Part shown: positions 12,530 to 25,069 of the stretch, one piece after another
Layout of the letters: the number at the start of each line of letters is the position of its first letter
How positions within the stretch are numbered: the first letter of the stretch is position 1
NCBI GenBank assembly: GCA_032718475.1
Contig: JAUCBJ010006960.1
Location: forward strand, 1-64,000
Source: Nemertoderma westbladi
Taxonomy: Eukaryota > Animalia > Xenacoelomorpha
Direction of reading: 5' to 3'
Length of the DNA: 64,000 nucleotides
The notes under the pieces: model-generated
What the model saw: the letters and a program-made list of their open reading frames with translations, nothing else
What the model was told of the DNA's origin: nothing
Database searches by the model: none
Program-made: the position numbers and the translations under genes

Positions 12530-14512
12530 ACACTACTAGCCAAACAACAAACAAGCCTGAAATAAGATAAATAATGGTACCGGTACGGTATAGCAGTATT
12601 GTGCGCCACCTTGAGGATTGAGTGGTATTATTTATTAAGTTCTTTGAAGGGAATGCAATATTTTAATGTAATCTAAGGCGCCGGTGTCACAAACTAAGTG
12701 CCCACTTATCCTAAAATGACCACTTTATAATTTTAAATGCCCACTATGTTAAATGGCCACATAGTTTAGGTTAAGTGTTGTTTTTTATAAAAAGATAACG
12801 AGCACTTATAACTAAGTGGCCACTTTAATAATTTAAGGTACAATTTATCCTAAACTGAAAGTTTAATTCAGTAGTTACCGGACCGGTAGCTAACAATTCA
12901 ATCAGTTAATAATATGATCATATGTGAATGGAAGATCAATTTAATTTATTTTTATTACATCTGAGCAAAGGGTGAGAACAAAACAAAACCCAAGACTTTA
13001 AATAATAATAAAAAATTTAAATAATAATAATAATAAAATAATTTTAGCTAGCTAGATCAAGAATAATAGCTACCATCAAAAATCTATATATTTTTGCCAC
13101 GGGATGTTCTAGAACATTAATTATGTCAAAATCGGCATAAAAATAGCTAATTGAAATGAATACGGATCTATAGATATCTTCCCAATATTTTACAGACGAT
13201 TTAAAATGCCCCGTAGTGGCTCAGTAGAACTCAATAAAATTCAGTAGGGTGAGTGAGGGAGAATTGACTTTAGGGGAGACTTGATTTTTTTTTAATAACT
13301 CAAAAACTATTGTAAATTATTTGTCAACACCACACCAAAATGTGTAAAATACATGTAGGCTACATCCGCGCAACAATGTTTTATTACCTTTTGGTTATTT
13401 TTTGTTTTATTGCAAATAAACGTTTTCTGGGTTCAAAAGTAAATTTTTATACTTTACAACGAATGAGAATTCGCAACCTCGTATATTTCATGTTTATTGT
13501 AATTACCCAGATGTTTTGACCATTTATTGCACTATCCTGCCATATATTGTTTTCTAGTTTTGGTTCAGCCGTTTTGAAATAATTATATAAATTAATATAA
13601 AAAATCCCATGTGGGGAGACTTGACGTCCGAGTGTGAAGGAGACTTGAACCCGCCAATGCTTACGTCTACCTAGAGATACACCCACATAGAGAACCATTA
13701 CACCAGGCCACTCCAACTAGTTGATTGGCACTTACACCGACGTAGCTATCAATGGGTGGCTATGCTTCATGCAGTAGGAGTCGCCCCTCTCTAGACTAAA
13801 CCAAACCCAGCCAAGCCAACCAACAACTCTTCCTTCCCTCTTTGCAATGTGGTAGCCCGCCAACTTGGTGATTGACAACTATCATTATATACTTGTACTG
13901 GGTAGGAGTCAATGGCGCCAAATAACCGCAGACATAAAATAAATTTTAGTGTTTTTGACAATTAATTTAATTTAATTAAAAACATTAAGGGAAAGGAGCA
14001 GGTTAGAGTGACGGTGTTTTCTAACCAAAACAATAAACTATACATTTCATTTGCGGTCCAATTTGGGCTTAAGATCACTAACGGTCATTGTGCGCCACGA
14101 TCTGACTTGTAGTGGATTGAGTTTGATGTTGTTTACTCTCGATTTTCGTCAATGCCTATTTATAACTACCGGAACAAAAGCCATAATATTACCGGCACAA
14201 AGGAAACTGCATTTTTTTATTTACTTAAGACTAAGTGGCATGATAGGGTACCTCCCAGGGTTACTTACTGACTTAAATTCTCCCTTAAATGTGAAACTTT
14301 AAATGGTCATTTAACTTTTGAGATAGAAACTGCAAATAAATTTAAGGGGGCACTTAGAAACAAAACACTTAGTTTAAGTGCCCAATTTAGGTTAAGTGAG
14401 TTTTGAGAAACCGGGCAAATATCCGCATTGTTCTCAAGATGGAGCACAATACTGCTGTACCAATTTATATCAGTTTCTATCTGATTTCAGGATTGTTTAG
14501 CTAGTGTTGTTT
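12530..14512. mobile_element. Degenerate non-autonomous DNA transposon / foldback with diverged inverted ends
   Basis: AGCAGTATTGTGCGCCACCTTGAG (~12592) vs CTCAAGATGGAGCACAATACTGCT (~14433); inner CCGGTGTCACAAA...CACTTATCCTAAA (~12681) vs TTTAGGTTAAGTG...TTTTGAGAAACCGG (~14386-14414). Confidence 0.45.
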
Positions 14513-16981
14513 AAACATACTAATACCAGTATAAGCCTACTTCTCATCGCATAATTTACGTTCCACTAATTTCTTAATCGTCTCATTACCGCACCCATGT
14601 TTTGCTTTCAATGTTTATTGTTTATTTATGTTACCGTAAAGTAAACAGGCTGACAGGGGTCACAACTCACAAGAGACTGCGAGGTGACTTGATACAGAAG
14701 ATACTGATTTTTTTTAATTTATTTCCTTTAATTAATTATTATTATTTAATCATTATTTTATTATTTTTGAGTGAATGGATAATCGAATATAATAGAATAA
14801 AAACAGATAAATACAATAAATGTGTCATTTCTTAGTCTAGATGATGGGATGAGTATCTTCTTCATAGATTGTTGTTGATTTTAAAAAAAATGTGGGAGTC
14901 CCAATTTGGAAGTCAAGTGGGCAGAAAAACCTCCGTGTGGCAACGCGGGTAACTGCCCATGGCTTCCCCCATAAACTCTGCAATCGTATATAGCCTCCTT
15001 CCACGACCTGTCCCCCGAATGTATCTGTCGGTACTGCGGGCAATGCTGAGCCGATCACTACCACAGCTTAAGCTACACGGTCTGCCCAGCCCACCCATCG
15101 CCACCTTATCAACTATGACGTAACTCTGTTTAAAAATTTATATCGCCAATAAGTTTAAATAAAGTTTTAATTTCATTAAATTTGTGTGTTTATGTTCCCA
15201 TTAATGTAATTGTATAATATAGCGATAATTTACCCCGAACGGGGTGTAATGAAAGAAAAAAAATGTAAATTCAGCATGCCGTACTTCGATCGTTCGATGA
15301 TAGGGGAGTTGTGTCGTTATTAATTAAAATGACATTCTATGTTAACGGATTGGTGAAGCTCGGGTATAAAATCCAATTCAAATACTATGATATCCTGAAC
15401 CAAAGAATAGTCTTACAGCTGTTACCATAACAACATATACCGCAATTAATGTACATGCAGCCCCAGTATAGGGCCGCCATATCTCCCTCTGTGACCCCTA
15501 TATGGCTTATACATTGCATAATGTAAGCGTTTCAGTGGAATTACAAATGAAATTTAATATATTATTTATCTTTAAATTAATTACTTTACATTAAAGATAT
15601 TCCATTTCAATATTTGGCAGTGTATTTAAATGTATTACAGTTAAAGATGTATGATTGATTTGCTTTGGGAATTAGATAAATTGAATCCATTGTTAATTTA
15701 ATCTGTTTTATGTTTTTCGTTTGGAAATTATGTTAATTATATAATAAAGCTAATCAAGTAATTAAATTAATATATCGGAACATTCTGATAAAGGCTTTGA
15801 CTTTCAAAGAAAAAGGGGAGGGGGGGGGGGTGAGGAGGGGGTGGGGTATCTGGAATCTGGACCCTAAAATTGGGTGAAAATTACATTTTGTCCTACTAAA
15901 CCAAACCAAATATTTTTAAAATTTGATTTTTCTTAAAAATTAAAACAACTTTTTATCCTTTTTTATTCATATCAGTGCACCATAACAGCTTTTTTTATGA
16001 GCAGTGCCTTATTAAATTCTAAAATATCGTGATGCTCGAAGACTTGTCAAAAGTCAGACTAGCTCATACGATTTGGCTGTCTAAATTAAATTTGGCACAT
16101 GATAGGATTAACATTTTTTGACAATTTATAAAATAGGGGGTGCTACCCCCCCCCCCCCCCCCCTTTAAATTGAAACTAAATTCGATTTATGTAGCTCCGT
16201 AGCTATAATTAGACGTATTTTTTATTGTTAGAACTTTATTAGGTGGCTGACATTTTATAAATAAACTATAGACATACTCCATGTTTATTAGATTACAATG
16301 TTCTCTATCGCCCTTTCTATCAAATAAAGTGATAGATTATATGACTTCTAGCAGTTAATTTATTAAATATCAGGTCTATTTTGTTAGCACTTTGCAGCCT
16401 CTTAACACATAAATTCATGTTGATTAACCTTTATTAGTTTCTTATATTTAAAAATATTACAGAAAGTAACTTTCCTTTAACATATTTATTATATACATTT
16501 TAATGGCTAAAATCATAATTTTCATAATTACTTATATATTTATTCATGTGAGTCAATTATTAATAACCATAACTTATCCCCACAATTTACGTTCTTTTTT
16601 TCCTATATCTCCATAAGTCTTATATTATGATGTTGTAATTAACAAAAGTTTTAAGTCATTTGACGACACACGAGTTTCATATCTCAAATCTAATTTCATA
16701 GCCCATTAATGCCGCCCATTTATCATATTACTATTGACTAGCTTCTCCCACTAGACCCCCACTGACTGAGAGGCAACATTATGTCTGATTGAGAATCGAT
16801 CACCTGTTTGCGATGGTGTAGGAGGTTCATATTTGAATAATCGAACACTATAAGAAAACTTAACGCCAGAGGACAAGGCCATATAAATTTTTCTGCATTA
16901 GGTATTTTTTAGAAATGTAAAGAAATGTATATTTTATTGGCATATAATATTTTATATAATAAAAAATTAATTTTAATCCAG

Positions 16982-18722
16982 GCGACTCAATCCAGCGCTG
17001 ACACTAAGGCACTAGACAACAATGAATATATTAAGAATAACGAAGATGACGATTCATTAAACAATGAATCTGATGTAGAGGAAGATGACGATGATGACAT
17101 AACCGATGAAGATGATGAAGAAGACGAGGAAGAAATAGTTGGAACTGATTATGACAGATTTGATCAATCTAAGGGGGATGAATTAGATATGATGAGTGAT
17201 GATGACTTAGAAAAGGGAAACAATTCAGCTGAGAAGCAAATACTTAAAAATAATGTTGAGATTGATGGGGAAAATAGAAATAATAATGAGGAGGAGGCGA
17301 TCACTAATGGAGTTGAGAGAGAAAGAGAGGGTGCACACACTAAGGAAGATAACATAGAGGGGACAGAAGCAAAAGATGGAGAGGGTGCACTCACTGAGGA
17401 AGATAACATAGAGGCGACAGAAGCAGAAGATGGAGAGGGTGCACTCACTGAGGAAGATAACATAGAGGCGACAGAAGCAGAAGATGGAGAGGGTGCACTC
17501 ACTACGGAAGAAAACATAGAGGCGACAGAAACAGAAGATGAAGAGGGTACAGAAACAGAAGATGGAGAGGGTACAGAAACAGAAGATGGAGAGGGTGCAC
17601 TCACTCCGGAAGATAACAGAGAGGCGACAGAAGCAGAAGATGGAGAGGGTACAGAAACAGAAGATGGAGCGGGTACACTCACTGAGGAAGATAACAGAGA
17701 GGCGACAGAAGCAGAAGATGGAGAGGGTGCACTCACTACGGAAGAAAACATAGAGGCGACAGAAACAGAAGATGAAGAGGGTACAGAAACAGAAGATGGA
17801 GAGGGTACAGAAACAGAAGATGGAGAGGGTGCACTCACTGAGGAAGATAACATAGAGGCGACAGAAGCAGAAGATGGAGAGGGTGCACTCACTACGGAAG
17901 AAAACATAGAGGCGACAGAAACAGAAGATGAAGAGGGTACAGAAACAGAAGATGGAGAGGGTACAGAAACAGAAGATGAAGAGGGTGCACTCACTACGGA
18001 AGATAGCATAGAGGCGACAGAAGCAGAAGATGGAGAGGGTACAGAAACAGAAGATAGGGAGGGTACAGAAACAGAAGATGGAGAGGGTGCACTCACTGAG
18101 GAAGATATCATAGAGGGGACAGAAACAGAAGATGGAGACACCGTTACAGAAAATGGAGGAACTGATGTGGAAGATGATGATGCAGCAAAAGAAGACGATA
18201 TAGTTGAGAATGTATTAGAAGTACGACCACCCAGATCATCTGACTCGATACCACCGGCGCCAGTTGCCTCGATGTCATTGACAATAAACCGAGACCGAAA
18301 GAGCCGTGAACCAATGAACCCGGAGTTTATTCGTCTTAGACGACTTCCATCTCGTTTGGTTCACGGAAACTTTCTAGAGTTCGACGTGCAGTGCACTCGC
18401 GCTTCCGTCTTTGGTGTGGAGATTGTCTACAAATCGTTGATCTTATCGTCGACTATAGTGGAGGATTTACAGTGTAGCGTTCCGGCAACTCTCCAGTGGG
18501 TTCGCATTGCGATCAACCTCCCTCCTAGGATGGCCTACCTGCCAGACCTACTGAATCCATTCCCTCTCGTTCTCAGCCGCATCTCCCTCAGGGCGTGGAT
18601 GATGCCCGAGTACAACTACGATGAAGTCGAAGACGAAGACGCATTTAAAGAGGCTCCAGTTACTGCGAGTTACAAGACAAGAATAAAGGCGCCGTATAGA
18701 AGACCATCTAGAGAAATTACTG
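16982..18722 (+). CDS. SEL1L3: SEL1L3-like protein, exon A (acidic repeat region plus start of the conserved N-terminal domain); upstream exon(s) not found
   Basis: Acceptor TTTTAATCCAG (phase 0), donor G|GTAAGT (phase 1). The C-terminal part ([14 protein letters not shown]...LPPRMAY...ISLRAWMM...APYRRP) resembles the SEL1L3 N-terminal region as I recall it. Confidence 0.75.
17325..18140 (+). repeat. Coding minisatellite of modular TETEDGEG / [10 protein letters not shown] units
   Basis: 24-nt ACAGAAACAGAAGATGGAGAGGGT modules and ~30-nt GCACTCACTGAGGAAGATAACATAGAGGCG modules, all frame-preserving. Confidence 0.9.
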
Positions 18723-19137
18723 GTAAGTTAGTTGTCTAGATGTCTCTATGGAATAAGACTTATAATAGTGTTGTGAAATAAAGGATTCCAACAAATTTTT
18801 TTATTAAACTTTAATTTTAATTTTAAACTTTATAAATATTAAATTTAGAATATAGAATATTAAAATATATATTTTAATTTTAATTATTATTTGAATAAAA
18901 AATTCCATTTGCCCCGCGTGGGGGCGTATATTAAAAAAAATTTAAATCATTTTTTTATTACAGTAAATAATGATTGTCTATCTGATGTTTGTTTTAATTA
19001 GACTTCATTAACATGATGTGTTGCACTTTATAAATATAAAAATGAGGATCTAAACAATGTAAACGTTGTTGTATTTTACAACAAGAACAGTGAATAAAAT
19101 CAAAATATTTTAATTTCAGTAGAAATTGTAGACATTT

Positions 19138-19168
<31 letters not shown>

Positions 19169-20222
19169 TGAGGTGGGGTGGGGTACTCCGGCCTTAATTA
19201 ATCGCGATGTCAGAATGTAGACCGATTTATTTACAGTTTGCGGAAAGGGGGGGCTTTCAATGAACCTAAAGCTCCATGTTTGACTTAGACCTATTTATAG
19301 CAGAAAAAGCCTTAGACCTAACATTTTCCTGATGCGGACAACTATAACTAATTTGGCCTACAATATGTATGCATGGTGGAACATTCAGAGATGTAAGGAC
19401 AATACTCACTTTGCTATTAAATGTGAACCATGTAAAGTGGACTTAACGGAATTATGTTGTCTTTAAGAGTTATAACAACTCTCTGTTAATACTAACGGCC
19501 TCTTTTATCTGAAGTAATATTGCAATTTTGGAAAACGGTAATTATTTCACTAAGTTGATTGATATAAATATAGTTAGTTAGTTTATTATTGACCAATAAA
19601 TCGGTCCAAGTGGGACGGAATACATATATATATATGAATACACTCAAGCACTTATTATAATAACCAGTAAAATACGCTGCCGCGGTACTCTCAAATCCTA
19701 AATTAAAAGTTACTTAAGTATACATAAACCAGCATAGTAATGGCCATATTCAAATAATTTAATATATGCTGATATTACCCAAACGTTACGTACAAATAAC
19801 TTACTAATAAATATTAAATAAATATAAATACATAATAGAGTTAAACCAACTTAATTAATAATTCTAAATCTCTAAAATCTCTAAAAGTTCGTCTATATAT
19901 TGCATCGTGGTGCACAGGGGGTCACTGGATAGAACAGAGCATGGGGATTAATAATCTAATTGGTATTTATTCCTTAGGCCTACTGCCTCTACAAATGAAC
20001 ATGTACAAATAACATGTGATTCGGATTGGGGCGAGCCACACTTGCAAAAACGTCGATCATATGGGACTCGGTTCCATCTCCGTAAAAATAAATAAATATG
20101 GGTATAACAATAAATAATTATCCGCCATTATTGATTCAAACGCTCTTACAATACTGATTAAACCACTAATCATCATAAATAATTTAAAAAAAAGTTTCGT
20201 AAAATATTGTGTCGAATTGCAG

Positions 20223-20424
20223 TTTGTGTTCCGTGGATCCAAAAGTACAGATTATCGCGGAGTCAGAAAAGAATTCCACAATGTTATCCTCAACCAACCT
20301 ACCTGGAGTTGCTTAGTAACCCGGTAGTGATGTGGGGCGAATTCGGCGGTGTGATTAAAGAAATACCCCTCCTATCGGATCCAATCCTAATGAAGCTTGA
20401 TAAGGAGAACCTAAGGAATCCAAG
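20223..20424 (+). CDS. SEL1L3: SEL1L3-like exon B
   Basis: TTGCAG| acceptor phase 1, AG|GTTAGA donor phase 2; VCVPWIQKY...RIPQCYPQPTYLELL...GEFGGVIK matches the SEL1L3 C.W...RIPQC...GE.G(I/V).K pattern. Confidence 0.8.
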
Positions 20425-20453
20425 GTTAGATAACCGTCGTGGTAGTAGGATGG

Positions 20454-23400
20454 AGTTCGTGTTAGTAAGACGATCGTGTTAGTAAGACAGCCGTGTTAGT
20501 AAGACGATCGTGTTGGTAAGACGATCGTGTTGGTTAGACGATCGTGTTAGTAAGACGAAGTTCGTGTTAGTAAGACGATCGTGTTAGTAAGACGATCGTG
20601 TTAGAAAGACAAAGATCGTGTTAGTAAGACAATCGTGTTAGTAAGACGATCGTGTTAGTAAGACGATCGTGTTAGTAAGACGATCGTGTTAGTAAGACGA
20701 TCGTGTTAGAAAGACAAAGATCGTGTTAGTAAGACAATCGTGTTAGTAAGACAATGATCGTGTTAGTAAGACAATCGTGTTAGTAAGACGATCGTGTTAG
20801 TAAGACGATCGTGTTAGCAAGACGATCGTGTTAGAAAGACAAAGATCGTGTTAGTAAGACAATCGTGTTAGTAAGACAATGATCGTGTTAGTAAGACAAT
20901 CGTGTTAGTAAGACGATCGTGTTAGTAAGACGATCGTGTTAGCAAGACGATCGTGTTAGAAAGACAAAGATCGTGTTAGTAAGACGAAGTTCGTATTAGT
21001 AAGACGATCGTGTTAGTAAGACGATCGTGTTATTAAGACGAATTTCGTGTTATTAAGACGATCGTGTTAGTAAGACGAAGTTCGTGTTAGTAAGACGATC
21101 GTGTTAGTAAGACGATCGTGTTAGCAAGACAATCGTGTTAGTAAGACGATCGTGTTAGTAAGACGATCGTGTTAGCAAGACGATCGTGTTAGAAAGACAA
21201 AGATCGTGTTAGTAAGACGAAGTTCGTATTAGTAAGACGATCGTGTTAGTAAGACGATCGTGTTAGTACGGCAAAGTTCGTGTTATTAAGACGAAGTTCG
21301 TATTAGTAAGACGATCGTGTTAGTAAGACGATCGTGTTAGTAAGACGATCGTGTTAGTACGGCAAAGTTCGTGTTATTAAGACGATCGTGTTAGTAAGAT
21401 GAAGTTATTGTTAGTAACACGAAGTTCGTGTTAGTAAGACGATCGTGTTAGTAAGACGACCGTGTTAGTAAGACGAAGTTCGTGTTAGTAAGACGATCGT
21501 GTTAGTAAGACGAAGTTCGTGTTTGTAAGACGATCGTGTTAGTAAGACGATCGTGTTAGTAAGACGATCGTGTTAGTAAGACGAAGTTCGTGTTAGTAAG
21601 ACGATCGTGTTAGTAAGACGAAGTTCGTGTTAGTAAGACGATCGTGTTAGCAAGACGATCGTGTTAGAAAGACAAAGATCGTGTTAGTAAGACGATCGTG
21701 TTAGTAAGACGATCGTGTTATTAAGACGAATTTCGTGTTAGTAAGACGATCGTGTTAGCAAGACGATCGTGTTAGAAAGACAAAGATCGTGTTAGTAAGA
21801 CGAAGTTCGTATTAGTAAGACGATCGTGTTAGTAAGACGATCGTGTTATTAAGACGAATTTCGTGTTATTAAGACGATCGTGTTAGTAAGACGAAGTTCG
21901 TGTTAGTAAGACGATCGTGTTAGTAAGACGATCGTGTTAGTAAGACGAATTTCGTGTTATTAAGACGATCGTGTTAGTAAGACGAAGTTCGTGTTAGTAA
22001 GACGATCGTGTTAGTAAGACGATCGTGTTAGAAAGACAAAGATCGTGTTAGTAAGACGAAGTTCGTATTAGTAAGACGATCGTGTTAGTAAGACGATCGT
22101 GTTAGTAAGACGATCGTGTTAGTACGGCAAAGTTCGTGTTATTAAGACGAAGTTCGTATTAGTAAGACGATCGTGTTAGTAAGACGATCGTGTTAGTAAG
22201 ACGATCGTGTTAGTACGGCAAAGTTCGTGTTATTAAGACGATCGTGTTAGTAAGATGAAGTTATTGTTAGTAACACGAAGTTCGTGTTAGTAAGACGATC
22301 GTGTTAGTAAGACGACCGTGTTAGTAAGACGAAGTTCGTGTTAGTAAGACGATCGTGTTAGTAAGACGAAGTTCGTGTTTGTAAGACGATCGTGTTAGTA
22401 AGACGATCGTGTTAGAAAGACAAAGATCGTGTTAGTAAGACGAAGTTCGTATTAGTAAGACGATCGTGTTAGTAAGACGATCGTGTTAGTAAGACGATCG
22501 TGTTAGTAAGACGATCGTGTTAGTAAGATAAAGATCGTGTTAGTAAGACGAAGTTCGTGTTAGTAAGACGATCGTGTTAGTAAGACGAAGTTATTGTTAG
22601 TAACACGAAGTTCGTGTTAGTAAGACGATCGTGTTAGTAAGACGATCGTGTTGGTAAGACGATCGTGTTAGTAAGACTAATTTCGTGTTAGTAAGACGAT
22701 CGTGTTGGTAAGACGATCGTGTTAGTAAGACGAAGTTCGTGTTAGTAAGACGATCGTGTTAGTAAGACGAAGATATTGTTAGTAACACGAAGTTCGTGTT
22801 AGTAAGACGATCGTGTTAGTAAGACGATCGTGTTGGTAAGACGATCGTGTTAGTAAGACTAATTTCGTGTTAGTAAGACGATCGTGTTAGTAAGACGATC
22901 GTGTTGGTAAGACGATCGTGTTAGCAAGACGATCGTGTGAGAAAGATAAAGATCGTGTTAGTAAGACGAAGTTCGTATTAGTAAGACGATCGTGTTAGTA
23001 AGACGATCGTGTTACTAAGACGAATATTTCGTGTTATTAAGACGATCGTGTTAGTAAGACGATCGTGTTAGTAAGACGAAGTTCGTGTTAGTAAGACGAT
23101 CGTGTCAGTAAGACGATCGTGTTACTAAGACGAATATTTCGTGTTATTAAGACGATCGTGTTAGTAAGATGATCGTGTTAGTAAGACGAAGTTCGTATTA
23201 GTAAGACGATCGTGTTAGTAAGACGATCGTGTTAGTACGGCAAAGTTCGTGTTATTAAGACGATCGTGTTAGTAAGATGAAGTTATTGTTAGTAACACGA
23301 AGTTCGTGTTAGTAAGGCGATCGTGTTAGTAAGACGACCGTGTTAGTAAGACGAAGTTCGTGTTAGTAAGACGATCGTTTTAGTAAGACGATCGTGTTAG

Positions 23401-24370
23401 TAAGACGATCGTGTTAGTAAGACGAAGTTCGTGTTTGTAAGACGATCGTGTTAGTAAGACGATCGTGTTAGAAAGACAAAGATCGTGTTAGTAAGACGAA
23501 GTTCGTATTAGTAAGACGATCGTGTTAGTAAGACGATCGTGTTAGTAAGAAGAAGTTCGTGTTAGTAAAACGATCGTGTTAGTAAGACGATCGTGTTAGT
23601 AAGACGAAGTTCTTGTTAGTATGACGATCGTGTCAGTAAGACGAAGTTCGTGTTAGTAAGACGATCGTGTTAGTAAGACGAAGTTCGTGTTAGTAAGACG
23701 ATCGTGTTAGTAAGACAATGATCGTGTTAGTAAGACGATCGTGTTAGTAAGACGAAGTTCGTGTTAGTAAGACGATCGTGTTAGTAAGACGAACGTGTTA
23801 GTAAGACGAAGTTCGTGTTAGTAAGACGATCGTGTTAGTAAGACGATTGTGTTAGTAAGACGATCGTGTTAGTAAGACGATCGTGTTAGTAAGACGAAGT
23901 TCGTGTTAGTAAGACGATCGTGTTAGGAAGACGATCGTGTTAGTAAGAAGATGGTGTTAGTAAGACGAAGTTATTGTTAGTAACACGAAGTTCGTGTTAG
24001 TAAAACGATCGTGTTAGTAAGACGATCGTGTTAGTAAGACGAAGTTCGTGTTAGTAAGACGATCATGTTAGCAAGACGATCGTGTGAGAAAGATAAAGAT
24101 GGTGTTAGTAAGACGAAGTTATTGTTAGTAACACGAAGTTCGTGTTAGTAAAACGATCGTGTTAGTAAGACGATCGTGTTAGTAAGACGAAGTTCGTGTT
24201 AGTAAGACGATCGTGTTAGTAAGACAATGATCGTGTTAGTAAGACGATCGTGTTAGTAAGACGATCGTGTTAGTAAGACAAAGATCGTGTTAGTAAGACA
24301 ATCTTGTTATTAAGACGAAGAATTTGTTAGTAACACAAAGTTTGTGTTAGTAAGACGATCGTGTTAGTAA
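20454..24370 (+). repeat. ~3.9-kb minisatellite of 17-bp (GATCGTGTTAGTAAGAC) and 20-bp (GAAGTTCGTGTTAGTAAGAC) units
   Basis: Directly visible tandem array with recurring variant blocks; it fills most of the intron between exons B and C. Confidence 0.97.
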
Positions 24371-24703
24371 TAAATTCTTCTAAATGCTGTATGCTAACTG
24401 CTGACTTTGTGAGCTCGAAGTCTTCAAAACTAAATTATACCTGGACATAAACTTTTTAAAAAATACACGTTTTATGTTTTATCTGTAACTTTTTCTCGGT
24501 TACATTTATTCTTACTATCTTTGTCCTGCTTACGCCGTAGTATCAGGCAACCATCCGGATTTTATCGGCATCCGGATTTGAAAACCCGTTAAAGGGATGT
24601 TCTCAACCGCTGAAACAAATATGCACATGCCATACCCAAAAATACCAAACGCATAACTCTGCATTTCCTAAGGGAAATAGATTAATTCATAATTTTCGTT
24701 TAG

Positions 24704-24941
24704 ATTCACATTGGAGATGCATTTCTATTTAACCGGACATTGTCAACACAACTACTGCTCTCTGATACAAAGGTTCGCCGAAAATTTCAGTTGTCTTTCT
24801 CCATGGATACACGTGGACGGATCGGGTAGACTGGTGGTGGAAGTCTGGCACATCGACGGTAGAATGTCTCTTACGAAATCGACCTTTACTATCCCGACAT
24901 TGGAATGGATTCAATTCATTTTTACTGTCAATAAAAACTCA
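24704..24941 (+). CDS. SEL1L3: SEL1L3-like exon C (laminin-G/ConA-like domain)
   Basis: TTTAG| phase 2, TCA|GTGAGT phase 0; FTLEMHFYLTGHC...YCSL...SPWIHVDGSGRL...KSTFTIPTLEW. Confidence 0.82.
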
Positions 24942-25069
24942 GTGAGTAAATAAATTTACTTATTTTTTGTAAAATTTCTTAAAATTTAATACCTATATAT
25001 TTTTTATGAATCAGCTAATAAGAAACAAAATACCCTCCAAAAATAAAAATCTTTGTTATCGAGCAAAAA

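Noticed and set aside
17164-18141. 325-aa Ser/Val/Pro-rich ORF on the - strand
   Set aside because: Antisense shadow of the acidic coding repeat.
15815-19184. Long G/C homopolymer tracts (15815-15848, 16146-16163, 19144-19183)
   Set aside because: Common low-complexity parts of interspersed repeats; no evidence of a specific function.
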